Shown here: positions 28,999-39,430 of the stretch, in pieces
How the letters are laid out: each line of letters starts with the position of its first letter
How positions within the stretch are numbered: position 1 is the stretch's first letter
Assembly (NCBI GenBank): GCA_902556105.1
Contig: CACDUZ010000005.1
Location: forward strand, 4,747 to 68,746
Origin: an uncultured SAR86 cluster bacterium
Lineage (GTDB): Bacteria > Pseudomonadota > Gammaproteobacteria > Magnimaribacterales > D2472
DNA: 64,000 bases
Direction: 5' to 3'
Notes under the pieces: generated by a model
Seen by the model: only the letters and a program-made list of their open reading frames with translations
Database searches by the model: none
Told to the model about the DNA's origin: nothing
Made by a program: the position numbers and the translations under genes

Positions 28999-29669
28999 CA
29001 GAAAATATAAAGAAAATTAATGCCAGAATTGATGAAGCGTGTTTTTCTATTGCTAGAAATAAAGATGAAATTACTTTAATAGCTGTTTCAAAGAAGAAGA
29101 GCTATGAAGTGATTCAAATAGCCATGAAAAATGGGGTAAATGATTTTGGTGAAAATTATGCTCAAGAACTTCAGGATAAAGTACATCAAATTAATTCAGA
29201 TAATATTGTTTGGCATTTCATTGGTCCCATTCAATCAAATAAGCTAAAAGTTATTGCAAATTGTGCAGACTGGGTTCATACCTTGGACAGAGAAAAGATA
29301 ATAAAAAAGTTAGACTCTGAGTGCAATAAGCTCAATAAAAAAGTTAATGCATGTATTCAAATAAATATATCCTCTGAAATTTCAAAAAGTGGCTGCGATC
29401 AAGAGGATCTTTTTGACCTAGCAAAGTTAGTTGAATCTATGGAAAATATCAATTTAAGAGGCATAATGGCTCTCCCTAAATTAACAAATGATAAAAAAGA
29501 AAGGGAATTTATGATGCAATCAGTAAAAAATTTAAGTATTGAACTTCAGTCCATCTATCCTCATGCAAATGCTATTTCATTAGGAACTACTTCTGATTTT
29601 GAAGATGCGATCATTAATGGGTCTAATATGATAAGAATTGGCGAATCTATATTTGGAAAGAGGTTATGA
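28983..29669 (+). CDS. yggS: YggS-family pyridoxal-phosphate homeostasis protein
   Basis: LIAVSKKK (PLP lysine), FGENYAQE, WHFIGPIQSNK. Confidence 0.9.
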   Translation: MQREITENIKKINARIDEACFSIARNKDEITLIAVSKKKSYEVIQIAMKNGVNDFGENYAQELQDKVHQINSDNIVWHFIGPIQSNKLKVIANCADWVHTLDREKIIKKLDSECNKLNKKVNACIQINISSEISKSGCDQEDLFDLAKLVESMENINLRGIMALPKLTNDKKEREFMMQSVKNLSIELQSIYPHANAISLGTTSDFEDAIINGSNMIRIGESIFGKRL

Positions 29670-30457
29670 AAAATATTGCTTTCTATGGTGGCGGAAATAT
29701 TTCTCAAGCAGTTATTGAAGGCTTAATTTTTTCAGGATTGAGTCCTAAAAATATTTTTTTTGTAGACAGAAATACTAAAAATCAAAACAAATTAAAGAAG
29801 TTAAAAGTTCGAAGCCTTAAAACTAACCAAAAAGTAAAGATTGACTTATTTATTCTTGCTGTAAAGCCAAAAGATGCTATTGAGGCATATCAAGAAATAA
29901 TAACTAATTTTAAAAACCCCAAAGTGGCTTGTTTGGTTGCTGGTATTAAGTCAAAGAAATATACAAATCTTGATAAAGAAGTGGAATTTCTAAGAGCCAT
30001 GCCAAATACATCTTCTAGGTTTGGTTTAGGGATTACTGCTCTGTATAACTCAAGCTTTAAAAAGACTAATCTCTTAAAAGTTGTAGCGCTGCTAAAAAAA
30101 ATTGGTATTGTTATTAAGGTTGATAAAGAATCAAAAATTGATGAATTTACTGGAACAATTGGAAGTGGGCCAGCTTATTTTTTCTATCTTTTACAATCCT
30201 ATGAAAAAAAACTTATGAATATATGCAATGGGGATAAAAAAATAGTTCGGGCGGTTATGGTGAATCTTATAAAAGGTGTAGGAACTTCTGTTGAAAATAA
30301 TGGCAACTTAAATGACTTAATTGAAGCTGTAAAATCAAAGAAAGGAACGACGGAAGCTGGTCTGAAATCTTTTCAATCAAATAAACTAGGCATTTCTTTT
30401 GAGAAGGGCCTGAATGCGGCTATTAAAAGGTCGAAGGAAATATCAAATGAATTCTAA
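29666..30457 (+). CDS. proC: Pyrroline-5-carboxylate reductase
   Basis: FYGGGNISQA Rossmann start, RAMPNT, GSGPAYFF, KKGTTEAGL. Confidence 0.85.
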   Translation: MKNIAFYGGGNISQAVIEGLIFSGLSPKNIFFVDRNTKNQNKLKKLKVRSLKTNQKVKIDLFILAVKPKDAIEAYQEIITNFKNPKVACLVAGIKSKKYTNLDKEVEFLRAMPNTSSRFGLGITALYNSSFKKTNLLKVVALLKKIGIVIKVDKESKIDEFTGTIGSGPAYFFYLLQSYEKKLMNICNGDKKIVRAVMVNLIKGVGTSVENNGNLNDLIEAVKSKKGTTEAGLKSFQSNKLGISFEKGLNAAIKRSKEISNEF

Positions 30458-30971
30458 TGTAGAAATAGTAGGATTGATATTGAGTTTGCTAAACTACTGC
30501 TTTGTTTTCTTAATGATTTTCAATCTCTTAAAAGTTAATTACTTTAATCCTATTGTTTCTACATTTGTAAAAATATACAAGCCAATATCCAAAATCCTGC
30601 CAACTTTGATAAATCCTGTAATAAATATATTTGTTATTGCAGTTGGATTAAAGCTGCTTTCATTAATTGTATATTTTGGAAGTCAGTATGAAACGATAAC
30701 TTTGTTGGGTGTCGCAATCATTCAGACACTCATGGTAACTGTAAGAATAATTTTCTTTGCCGTAATTGGTGGTGTTATCTTAAGCTGGGTTTCGCCGGAA
30801 AAGTCTAATGCATTCCTTGAATTGGTGGTAGAAATATCCTACAAATCGTTAGAGCCAATTAGAAAATATATCCCATCTGCGGGTGGTCTGGATTTTTCTC
30901 CATTGTTTGTTTTAATTTTAATAAATTTAATTGAAAATTTTTTATCAGATATTCTTAGGTCGATTGTATGA
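30447..30971 (+). CDS. yggT: YggT-family membrane protein
   Basis: Four TM helices; conserved position after proC. Start placed at MNSNVEIV (30447) rather than 30414. Confidence 0.8.
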   Translation: MNSNVEIVGLILSLLNYCFVFLMIFNLLKVNYFNPIVSTFVKIYKPISKILPTLINPVINIFVIAVGLKLLSLIVYFGSQYETITLLGVAIIQTLMVTVRIIFFAVIGGVILSWVSPEKSNAFLELVVEISYKSLEPIRKYIPSAGGLDFSPLFVLILINLIENFLSDILRSIV

Positions 30972-32053
30972 AATTTAGAACTGAACTGATAAATTTTGCT
31001 GATGGAATGACTTTGGATTCTGGTGACAGACTTGAAAAGTTTGAATTAATGATTGAAACATATGGTGAGCTTAATGAGTCTGGATCAAATGCAATTCTTT
31101 TATGTCATGCATTTTCAGGAAATCATCATGCTGCAGGTAAAAACAACGATTCCGAAATTGGATGGTGGGATGAGATCGTGGGTCCAAATAAAGCAATAGA
31201 TACAGATAAATATTACGTGGTTTGTTGTAATAATCTTGGAGGTTGTGGTGGCTCTTCCGGTCCAACAACAATTAATCCTTCTTCAGAAAAACCCTATGGA
31301 AAAAATTTTCCTCAAATCAGTGTTAAGGATTGGGTTAATTCACAAAAAATGTTGATGGATAAAATAGGAGTTCCATACTGGCATCTAGTTGCAGGGGGAA
31401 GCCTAGGTGGGATGCAGGCTTTAGAGTGGGCTATTTCTTATCCGAATGATATTAAAAAGGCAGGAATATTTGCAGCTGCATCAAATTCTAGTACACAAAA
31501 TATTGCGTTGAATGAAGTTGCGCGGGAGTCCATCAGGAAAGATCAAAACTTTCATGATGGTGATTACCTTGAGCATAATGTAATACCTAAAAGTGGTCTT
31601 AAAACAGCTAGGATGCTTGGCCACATTACCTACCTATCAGAAGAACTTATGGACTCAAGGTTTGGTAGAAGATTTCAAGATGAAGATTCTAAAGTTGATC
31701 AAGAGGTAGATTTTGAAGTTGAAAATTATTTGCAATACAAAGGTGAAAAGTTTTCTGAATCTTTTGATGCAAATTCATACATTCTTATGACGAAAGCTAT
31801 GGATGGGTATGTTGCAGGTCAAGATATTGGACTTAGAGACGCTATGAAAAATGTCAAATCTCAATTACTGATTGTTGGATTCTATTCTGATTGGTTGTAC
31901 CCTCCTGAAAGAGGCAAAGAAATTCAGATGGCTGCAATGGATAATAATATTAACTCGTCTTATATTGTCTTGGAGGGAGCACATGGACATGATAGTTTTC
32001 TATTTAGTTCTGAAGAATACTCCAAAGTAATAAGTAAATTTATTGAATCATAA
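30968..32053 (+). CDS. metX: Homoserine O-acyltransferase (MetX family)
   Basis: LCHAFSGNHH, nucleophile elbow GGSLGGMQALEW, HGHDSFL. Confidence 0.9.
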   Translation: MKFRTELINFADGMTLDSGDRLEKFELMIETYGELNESGSNAILLCHAFSGNHHAAGKNNDSEIGWWDEIVGPNKAIDTDKYYVVCCNNLGGCGGSSGPTTINPSSEKPYGKNFPQISVKDWVNSQKMLMDKIGVPYWHLVAGGSLGGMQALEWAISYPNDIKKAGIFAAASNSSTQNIALNEVARESIRKDQNFHDGDYLEHNVIPKSGLKTARMLGHITYLSEELMDSRFGRRFQDEDSKVDQEVDFEVENYLQYKGEKFSESFDANSYILMTKAMDGYVAGQDIGLRDAMKNVKSQLLIVGFYSDWLYPPERGKEIQMAAMDNNINSSYIVLEGAHGHDSFLFSSEEYSKVISKFIES

Positions 32054-32643
32054 TGGCTATAAAACTTTCTAAGATTATTAACAACTGGGTGCCTGACGAT
32101 AGTAAAGTAATTGATTTCGGTTGTGGAGATGGTTCTCTATTAAAAGAGCTAATGGATACAAAAAAGGTCTTGGGTTATGGAGTAGAAATTAATGATACCA
32201 AAATACAAAAATGCATTGCAAAAGGAGTTCCTGTTATAAAACAAGATATTGACCTTGGTATTAATGAATTTGAATCATCGAATTTTGATCTTTCTATAAT
32301 GGCAAGATCAATTCAATGCTTAAAAAATCCAGCTAATGCATTAAAGGGCATGTTAAAACTTTCAAAAAGGTGTGTAGTTACATTACCAAATCTTGGTTAT
32401 TGGAGATGTAGATTAAATATATTATCAGGAGAAATGCCTGTTACTCCTGAGCTTCCATCAAGCTGGTATGAAACAGAGAATATTCACCTATGCACAATCA
32501 AAGATTTTGAAAAACTTTGTATAGATGAAAATATTAAAATAAAAGATAAGGTCTTCTTAAATAAGAAAGGGGATCAAAGTAAATTTGTCTCGATTAAGCC
32601 AAATCTCTTAGCTGTTGAGGGAGTATATTTGCTTGAAAAATAG
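32053..32643 (+). CDS. metW: Methionine biosynthesis protein MetW
   Basis: SAM-binding-like DFGCGDGSLL; NLGYWRCR; directly follows metX. Confidence 0.9.
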   Translation: MAIKLSKIINNWVPDDSKVIDFGCGDGSLLKELMDTKKVLGYGVEINDTKIQKCIAKGVPVIKQDIDLGINEFESSNFDLSIMARSIQCLKNPANALKGMLKLSKRCVVTLPNLGYWRCRLNILSGEMPVTPELPSSWYETENIHLCTIKDFEKLCIDENIKIKDKVFLNKKGDQSKFVSIKPNLLAVEGVYLLEK

Positions 32644-33226
32644 TAATGAGATTTTAATAGCCTCATCTAACCAGGGGAAAGTAAAAGAATTTAAAAAACT
32701 TTTTCAAGATCATAAAATTTTTTCTTTAAGTGATTTTGATATTGAAGATGCTATTGAGAATGGATCATCTTTTTTTGAAAATGCATTAATTAAAGCCAAA
32801 CACGGATCATTGTATTCAGAAAAATTTACCGTCGCAGATGATTCAGGTCTTGTAGTACCAGATCTTAACTTTGAGCCAGGCATTTACTCAGCCCGATATG
32901 CAGGAGAAGGCGCCTCTGACAAAGAAAACAGAGATCATCTGATAAATAAACTAAATCTCATTAAAAAAGAAGAGCTTGATGCCTATTATGTATGTGTATT
33001 GGTTGGATTAAGGAGTGTTGATGATCCGATGCCTATAATTACTCATGGAGAAATACACGGCAAGGTTTCAATAAAAAGTTCGGGAGATGGAGGTTTTGGA
33101 TACGATAAAGTTTTCTACCCATTAGGATATGATTGTTCGATGGCTTCAATTGATTCTGAAATTAAAAATAAGATTAGCCATAGAGCTATTGCGTTTAAGA
33201 AATTTATTGAGAAATATAGTAGCTAA
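32615..33226 (+). CDS. rdgB: dITP/XTP pyrophosphatase (RdgB/HAM1)
   Basis: ILIASSNQGKVKEF, ADDSGL, FGYDKVF, SHRAIAF. Has a non-ATG start: TTG at 32615, or more likely 32633. Confidence 0.9.
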   Translation: MREYICLKNSNEILIASSNQGKVKEFKKLFQDHKIFSLSDFDIEDAIENGSSFFENALIKAKHGSLYSEKFTVADDSGLVVPDLNFEPGIYSARYAGEGASDKENRDHLINKLNLIKKEELDAYYVCVLVGLRSVDDPMPIITHGEIHGKVSIKSSGDGGFGYDKVFYPLGYDCSMASIDSEIKNKISHRAIAFKKFIEKYSS

Positions 33227-33870
33227 TTATTTTTTCTGTAATTAAATTCAAAAATTCTTCTCCCCTGATCCACGCCTCTTTGCTCAAATTTAGTCAAACT
33301 ATTTTTTTCGAAAACGTAATCATCTGATGGAGAGAATATAGAGCTTCTATTAAGAGTTTGCTCAATGCTTTCAGCATAATTTTCCCAGTCTGTAGAAATA
33401 AAGATATGCCCATCAATTTTTATAAAACCTTGAATCATATTTAGAAAATCATCATTAATTAATCTTCTTTTATGATGTCTTTCTTTGGGCCAAGGATCTG
33501 GGCAAAGAATGTTAATCAAATTGAAAGTTTCCGAACATTTTTGATCAAGAAGTATCCTTATATCATCTGAAAAAATTCTAATGTTCTTAATCTTATTTTC
33601 ATTGATATAAGAAAGTAAAGAACCAATACCAGACATATAGACTTCAGATCCAATAAATAAAGTCTTAGGATTATTTTCTGATTGCCTAATAAGGTGTTCA
33701 GCATTGCCAAAACCTATTTCTAAACAACATTGATCATAGTCTCTAGACTCTTTTTGGATATCTTTTATAGTAAATACTGAATAGTCTTTTAAGAGTACTA
33801 GGGCTTTTTCCTGTCTTCTGGTTATTCGACCTCTTCTTTTAACAAATGAAGGAAGAAATTTTAGACGCAT
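33223..33870 (-). CDS. trmB: tRNA (guanine46-N7)-methyltransferase
   Basis: EIGFGNAEHL, CPDPWPKERHHKRR. Confidence 0.9.
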   Translation of the reverse strand: MRLKFLPSFVKRRGRITRRQEKALVLLKDYSVFTIKDIQKESRDYDQCCLEIGFGNAEHLIRQSENNPKTLFIGSEVYMSGIGSLLSYINENKIKNIRIFSDDIRILLDQKCSETFNLINILCPDPWPKERHHKRRLINDDFLNMIQGFIKIDGHIFISTDWENYAESIEQTLNRSSIFSPSDDYVFEKNSLTKFEQRGVDQGRRIFEFNYRKNN

Positions 33871-33885
33871 TAGGTAATGCTAAAT

Positions 33886-34746
33886 CTATGCAAAATCCAC
33901 CATTAGTGACTTAAGTTTTTTAAGGGCACTATTTTCAATTTGTCTTATCCTTTCTGCTGATACTTTGTATTCATCTGCTAAGTCGTGAAGTGTTGCTTTG
34001 TCATCCGTTAGATATCTTCTTTGAAGAATATCTTTACTTCTGTCGTCTAGCATTTTTAAAGCTGAAATTAATTCTTCTTTATTTACCTGATCAGCCTGTT
34101 CCGAGGCAACAATTACCTCAGGATCAAACCTCTTATCTTCAAGATATTGAGAAGGTGACATTATTTCATCATCATCTCCTGTTGAAACAGGTGCATCAAA
34201 GGAGGAATCATTAGATGAAAGTCTGTTTTCCATATGAAGGACATCTTTAACCTCGACATTTAAGTCAGTAGCTATTTTTTCAGCTTCTTCTTTGGTTAAC
34301 CAATCTAAAGATTTCTTTTTACTTCTTAAGTTAAAAAACAATTTCCTTTGAGCCTTTGTTGTAGCAATTTTAACAAGTCTCCAATTTTTAAGAATATATT
34401 CATGAATCTCTGCTTTGATCCAATGAACTGCAAATGAGACAACTTTAACTCCTCTGTGGGGATCATACTTATCAACTGCTTTCATCAGACCTACGTTACC
34501 TTCTTGAATTATATCGCCAAGAGGCAATCCATAGCCTTGGTATGATCTAGCAATATGAACAACAAACCTCAAATGATGAATAACAAGCTGTCTTGCAGCA
34601 TCTAAATCATCTTCCTCATAAAGTTTTAGCGCAAGCTCTTGTTCCTCTTCTTTGGTAAGAATAGGTATTGAATGAACAGAAGAAAGATATGATTCTATAT
34701 CTTTGCCTGGACTATTAAGCTGTGATGGTTGTAACTTTGTTCCCAT
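33886..34746 (-). CDS. rpoH: RNA polymerase sigma-32 (heat-shock sigma factor)
   Basis: Sigma-70 regions 2-4 plus the RpoH box QRKLFFNLRSKK. Confidence 0.95.
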   Translation of the reverse strand: MGTKLQPSQLNSPGKDIESYLSSVHSIPILTKEEEQELALKLYEEDDLDAARQLVIHHLRFVVHIARSYQGYGLPLGDIIQEGNVGLMKAVDKYDPHRGVKVVSFAVHWIKAEIHEYILKNWRLVKIATTKAQRKLFFNLRSKKKSLDWLTKEEAEKIATDLNVEVKDVLHMENRLSSNDSSFDAPVSTGDDDEIMSPSQYLEDKRFDPEVIVASEQADQVNKEELISALKMLDDRSKDILQRRYLTDDKATLHDLADEYKVSAERIRQIENSALKKLKSLMVDFA

Positions 34747-34800
34747 ACTATAAATTTTGTTTATAATTAATTATATCAATTAATTATGAATATTAGGAAA

Positions 34801-35613
34801 TTATACCAATTTTTTAAAAAAATCTCCTAAAATTGGCAATAATTCAGTTTTTATTGCGTTATTTCTAAAGGCAATAAAGTACGGATTTAGTATCGATGTC
34901 TCTTTTGAGTAGTCTAATTCTTCGTTATCAGTAATTTTTACGACACTGCCATTAAAACTTGATAAGACAGCATGTGCTGCGGCTATATCCCATTCCGAAG
35001 TTGGTCCAAATCTAGGATAAATATCTGCTTCATTATCAGCTAGACTGCATAGTTTCAAAGAACTTCCTTTTTCAATAATCTCATAGTTAATATTTTTGCT
35101 ATCAATAAATTCAAGAAAAGCTTTGTCGTTCTCACTTTTGTGGCTCTTACTCATTACTATTCTTATCTTATCAACAGACCCCTCTTCAGTAATATTTTTG
35201 TCAAAGACTGATCCATACCATACCTTTCCTGTAACTGGGGCAGCAACAATACCAAATATTGCTTGCTTGTTATCAATTAAAGCAATATTCACTGTGAATT
35301 CATCAGTTTTATTTATAAATTCCTTTGTCCCATCTAACGGATCAACCAGCCAGTAGGTTTTATCTAAGTTTTTGAGTTGATTGTTTTCAAAAGTCTCTTC
35401 AGAAATAATTGAAATGTCTGATGATATGGATTTCAAATCATCCAAGATAACTTGATTGGCATTTTTGTCTGCAATAGTAAGTGGCGATCCATCGCTTTTC
35501 TCGATATGACCAAAATCATCACCCTCATAGACATTGATAATTTCTTTTGAAGCTTTATTCACGCAATCAGTAAGCTTATCAATGTGGCTATCTATGAATG
35601 CTTTATCAATCAT
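34801..35613 (-). CDS. cysQ: 3'(2'),5'-bisphosphate nucleotidase (inositol monophosphatase family)
   Basis: DGSPLTIADKNAN, WLVDPLDGTKEF, WDIAAAHAVL. Confidence 0.85.
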   Translation of the reverse strand: MIDKAFIDSHIDKLTDCVNKASKEIINVYEGDDFGHIEKSDGSPLTIADKNANQVILDDLKSISSDISIISEETFENNQLKNLDKTYWLVDPLDGTKEFINKTDEFTVNIALIDNKQAIFGIVAAPVTGKVWYGSVFDKNITEEGSVDKIRIVMSKSHKSENDKAFLEFIDSKNINYEIIEKGSSLKLCSLADNEADIYPRFGPTSEWDIAAAHAVLSSFNGSVVKITDNEELDYSKETSILNPYFIAFRNNAIKTELLPILGDFFKKLV

Positions 35614-35618
35614 CTTCT

Positions 35619-36749
35619 TTATAAATCGCAGTTGGCATCATTTAAATTTGTATAACCTATAGCTTCAAGTATTTTATGGTGTATTTCAGTATTATCCATC
35701 ATGCCATTAAACAATTCGGCCCCAGGCCCGTATGCGTATACGCCTACAGGCTCACCAGTATGACTGCCTGTACCCCACTGTATAACAGCGGAACCATTTT
35801 TTTGCTTAAGAATTTTAAGCCCCCCTGTTTCATGATCTGCAGTTATGATAAGAAGAGTTTCTTGATCCTCTGAAACAAAATTTATTAAGTCCATTATGGT
35901 TTTATCAAAGTCTTTGAATTCATCTATCATTTTAACAATATCATTATCATGGGCAGCCCAATCAATCTGACTTCCTTCAGTCATTAAGAAAAATCCAGAA
36001 CATTTATTATTCATTAGTTGATCTAGGGCAAAATTTGTCATTTCTCTCTGAGATGGCGTATCAGCTGATCTTTCAATTCCATCTTCATCAAACAAACCAA
36101 TAATTCTTTTAGAAGAACTGTAATTTTTCCTTAATGATTCTTTATCTGTTAAAAGATCATGAGTAGTTTTAAGTTTTTCAAGATCAAAAAATTCTTGACC
36201 ACCGCCTAGTGCAATATTTACAGAAGAGTTTACAAGCTGATCAGCTATTTCTATTTCTTTATATCTGGAATCAATATGAGAATAAAATGCAGCTGGGGTA
36301 GCATGAGTAACTGAAGATGTTGCCACAATGCCCGATACATATCCTTTTGAATTCAACAACTCAAGGATTGTGGTCAATTTCTCTTTATTAGCATCAATTG
36401 ATAAATACCTATTTTTGGTCTTGAATCCCGTTGCCCATGTTGTTGCAGCAGCTGCTGAGTCTGTATATATATTATTGTGGGAGTGAGTTAACGACATCCC
36501 TTGATGAGGTAATTGATCGATTGAAAGCTTATGATCTGGTCCACCAATTGCTAATCTTGAAACTGTGATTTGATTTATGCCAGCTCCATCTCCAATTGCA
36601 AGAATTACATTTTTAGCTTTTAGCGAGTTAGGAAAATCTTTTATTTCAAGATACTGAGTTTCCATAGAGCCAATTTTGACTATTTCTGTTTTTACCGAAT
36701 CACAGCCAGAGATAAAAAATAAAACTATTATGGGTAGAAAAAGTTTCAT
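35619..36749 (-). CDS. Alkaline phosphatase (PhoA family), lipoprotein
   Basis: Lipobox FFISGC, GDGAG, active-site DSAAAATTWATG, DWAAHDND, ADHETGG. Confidence 0.85.
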   Translation of the reverse strand: MKLFLPIIVLFFISGCDSVKTEIVKIGSMETQYLEIKDFPNSLKAKNVILAIGDGAGINQITVSRLAIGGPDHKLSIDQLPHQGMSLTHSHNNIYTDSAAAATTWATGFKTKNRYLSIDANKEKLTTILELLNSKGYVSGIVATSSVTHATPAAFYSHIDSRYKEIEIADQLVNSSVNIALGGGQEFFDLEKLKTTHDLLTDKESLRKNYSSSKRIIGLFDEDGIERSADTPSQREMTNFALDQLMNNKCSGFFLMTEGSQIDWAAHDNDIVKMIDEFKDFDKTIMDLINFVSEDQETLLIITADHETGGLKILKQKNGSAVIQWGTGSHTGEPVGVYAYGPGAELFNGMMDNTEIHHKILEAIGYTNLNDANCDL

Positions 36750-36755
36750 AGATAT

Positions 36756-37583
36756 TTATGGGACTAGTGTATCTTTTCTAATTTCTATTGCCTCTTCCTC
36801 TGACTCAGGAAAATCCTCATAAATTGATAACTCCCATCTTCCATATGTGGGATTAGTTATAAGAAACCACTTTGTGCCCCACATTTCAGAATATTTTTCA
36901 GCAAGTTTTTTTCTTTCTTTATGATAAATATATGCCTCATCTGTTGAGATAAAATCTGTCAGTTGATCTCCTATTACCAAAAGAATTCTATTTTTGTTAG
37001 CAATATGTTTTCTTCTTTCTGTTTTGTCGCGAGAGTTTTCTTCTTTTCGCATCAACAGCATGTTTTTATTTTTATCGAAGGGTAACCCTAGATTAATTAA
37101 ATTTTTGATGGTTCCTTCTCTTAGTGACTCTAATCTATTAGTTAAATAATAAATTGCTACCCCTTTTTCTTCTGCGAGATAGAGAAAATCTCGAACTCCT
37201 GCTACTTCTCCAGCTTTAGCCTCATTTACCCACTCTTTCCATCCATTTGGATATGAAAGGCCAGAGAGTATCGTTCTTGATTGAAAGTTCGAATTATCCA
37301 AAACTGTTTCATCTACATCAATAATAATTGCTGGCTGTTTATCTTGAAAATCATCTATTTGTTCAAGCGCTGCAGACCAAGATTTATCATTTAAAGCGAT
37401 ATCAAGTGCCTTGCTAGCATTGGCATAAGTTTGAATATTGTTTGCAGCAAACTCAGCAGACGTTTGAACAAATAAAACAGATAACATAGATTGTTCTTGA
37501 AAGGATTTGTCTTCTTCAGAGCTAAAAAAATTATTACTATAGATAATAAATACTATTAAAAAAATATGCTTTAGTGATTTCAT
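36756..37583 (-). CDS. Class C acid phosphatase / 5'-nucleotidase, lipoprotein e(P4) family (HAD)
   Basis: Signal peptide, HAD motif I IIIDVDETVLDNS, GDQLTDF. Confidence 0.85.
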   Translation of the reverse strand: MKSLKHIFLIVFIIYSNNFFSSEEDKSFQEQSMLSVLFVQTSAEFAANNIQTYANASKALDIALNDKSWSAALEQIDDFQDKQPAIIIDVDETVLDNSNFQSRTILSGLSYPNGWKEWVNEAKAGEVAGVRDFLYLAEEKGVAIYYLTNRLESLREGTIKNLINLGLPFDKNKNMLLMRKEENSRDKTERRKHIANKNRILLVIGDQLTDFISTDEAYIYHKERKKLAEKYSEMWGTKWFLITNPTYGRWELSIYEDFPESEEEAIEIRKDTLVP

Positions 37584-37639
37584 GGTTCAAGAGCATTATA
37601 ATGCCTATTAATTATAATTTAGTTACAAAAATAATATTT

Positions 37640-37804
37640 ATGAATAATAAAATTTTAGAAAATTTAGAGCAATTAAAAAAAATGTTAGTTCTTCTGAGTG
37701 AGGATAGGAAAGTAGTATTATCTCATCATAAAACCTTTGAACATGTTGAAAAAATGAGATCAATAGTTAACGAATCAATTGAAATGGCAAATAATCATGA
37801 CTAA
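37640..37804 (+). CDS. Possible small (54 aa) helical protein
   Basis: Taken from the internal ATG of the listed 37574..37804 ORF. The ATGACTAA-type overlap with the next gene suggests coupling. No SD and no recognisable family. Confidence 0.25.
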   Translation: MNNKILENLEQLKKMLVLLSEDRKVVLSHHKTFEHVEKMRSIVNESIEMANNHD

Positions 37805-38663
37805 AAAAGAATATAAAAGTTTTAAAGTTGAAATATCAGATCATGTTGCAAATCTAATTTTATCGCGTCCAGACCAATTAAATACAATGTCTAGAGATTT
37901 CTGGGTTGAGCTTGGTGAAGTGACAGAAGAAATAAACATGAATTCTGAGGTAAGAGTTTTAGTAATGTCATCTACTGGAAAACATTTTTGTGCAGGAATG
38001 GACTTAACTGCATTCTCAAATGGGGTAGACAATATACCTGAAGATAAAAAACCTGATCATGCAAGAATTGGTGAAGCTGTATACAGAGTTGCTAAAGAAC
38101 TGCAAGGTTATATAAGTTCTCTTGAAAGTATCAGAGTCCCAGTCATAGCTGCAATTCATGGAGGCTGTGTTGGTGGAGCTGTAGATCTAGTTACAGCTTG
38201 CGATATTAGATTGGCTTCAGATGATGCTTTCTTCTGTATTCAAGAAATTAATATTGGCATGGCTGCGGATGTTGGCACATTACAAAGGCTTCCAAAAATT
38301 ATTCCAGATTCAAAAATGAGAGAAATGGCATATACCGGAAGAAGAATGTATGCAAAAGAGGCAAAAGAAAGTGGCTTGGTTAGTGATACCTTTGAATCTC
38401 ACGAAAAGCTTCTCGAGGCAGCTAATAATCTTGCTAGAGAAATTGCTACTAAATCTCCAATTGCAATTCATGGATTAAAGGCTGTCATGAACTACTCGAG
38501 AGATCATTCAGTAAGTGATAGTTTAGATTTCAATGCTCTTTGGAGTGGTGCAATGTTAAGTCAAAGAGATATGACTGAGGCAATGACTGCAAATATGGAA
38601 AAAAGGGATGCGTCATTCGAAAAGTTGGTTGACGTAAAGAAATTTAACGAATCAGACTCTTAA
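37797..38663 (+). CDS. Enoyl-CoA hydratase/isomerase family protein (dienoyl-CoA-isomerase-like)
   Basis: Crotonase motif HFCAGMDL, IAAIHGGCVGGAVDL. Start placed at MTKKEYKSF. Confidence 0.85.
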   Translation: MTKKEYKSFKVEISDHVANLILSRPDQLNTMSRDFWVELGEVTEEINMNSEVRVLVMSSTGKHFCAGMDLTAFSNGVDNIPEDKKPDHARIGEAVYRVAKELQGYISSLESIRVPVIAAIHGGCVGGAVDLVTACDIRLASDDAFFCIQEINIGMAADVGTLQRLPKIIPDSKMREMAYTGRRMYAKEAKESGLVSDTFESHEKLLEAANNLAREIATKSPIAIHGLKAVMNYSRDHSVSDSLDFNALWSGAMLSQRDMTEAMTANMEKRDASFEKLVDVKKFNESDS

Positions 38664-39430
38664 AGCTTTCTTAAAAAAACAGGTGTGGTTGCAGTAGATT
38701 CTGCTTTTGAGTATTTATATCCGTCAACATTAAAATTTGCTAAGTCTTCAAAGTCTTTAACCTTATTCTGAATAATCCACCTAGCCATCAGCCCTCTAGC
38801 TTTTTTTGCATAGAAACTAATGATCTTATATTTGCCATTCTTATAGTCTTTGAAAGTTGGCGACACAACATTTACATCTTCTGGCATCTTACCGAGAACA
38901 GAAAAATATTCTTTAGAGGCTAAATTAATCAAAAGGTCAGACTTTTGTTTTTTTAAATCTTCTAAGACATTTTTTTGAATCTTGTTTCCCCAAAATTCAT
39001 ACAAATTCTTGCCTTCTGATGTCTCAAGTTTAGTCCCCATCTCTAGCCTATAAGGCTTCATAAGATCCAAAGGTCTTAGTATTCCATAAAGCCCAGATAA
39101 AATTCTTATATGTTTTTGAGCAAAATCTAGTTCTCTATTTGTTAAATCTTCAGCTTGAAGGCCTTGGTAGACATCACCCTTAAAAACCAGCATAGAGGGT
39201 TTTGAATCATCGGAGGCTTTTTTGGATGCAGTCCAAGACTGATATCTATCGTAATTTAATGAAGCAAGCTTATCACTTAGGCCCATTAAAGAGGCTATAT
39301 CTTTTGGCTCTTTTTGTTTAAGTTGCTTTATTAACTTTGAAGATTGTCCCAAAAATGAAGGAACAGAATGCTTATTATTAGCATCAAAATCGTAATCAAG
39401 TGTTTTTGCAGGAGAAAGTACTATAATCAT
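38660..39430 (-). CDS. yaaA: Peroxide stress protein YaaA (UPF0246)
   Basis: MIIVLSPAKTLD start, GDVYQGL, LSGLYGILRPLD. Confidence 0.9.
   Translation of the reverse strand: MIIVLSPAKTLDYDFDANNKHSVPSFLGQSSKLIKQLKQKEPKDIASLMGLSDKLASLNYDRYQSWTASKKASDDSKPSMLVFKGDVYQGLQAEDLTNRELDFAQKHIRILSGLYGILRPLDLMKPYRLEMGTKLETSEGKNLYEFWGNKIQKNVLEDLKKQKSDLLINLASKEYFSVLGKMPEDVNVVSPTFKDYKNGKYKIISFYAKKARGLMARWIIQNKVKDFEDLANFNVDGYKYSKAESTATTPVFLRKL

Noticed and set aside
37574-37639. The listed start (37574) of the 76-aa ORF.
   Set aside because: That start would overlap the divergent start of the acid phosphatase gene. Only the internal ATG at 37640 is plausible, and even that gene is low confidence.
37584-37640. 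A Pho box upstream of the phosphatase genes.
   Set aside because: No CTGTCAT-like direct repeats are visible in the spacer. Only a TATAAT hexamer is present. This is recorded as an absence, not as a feature.
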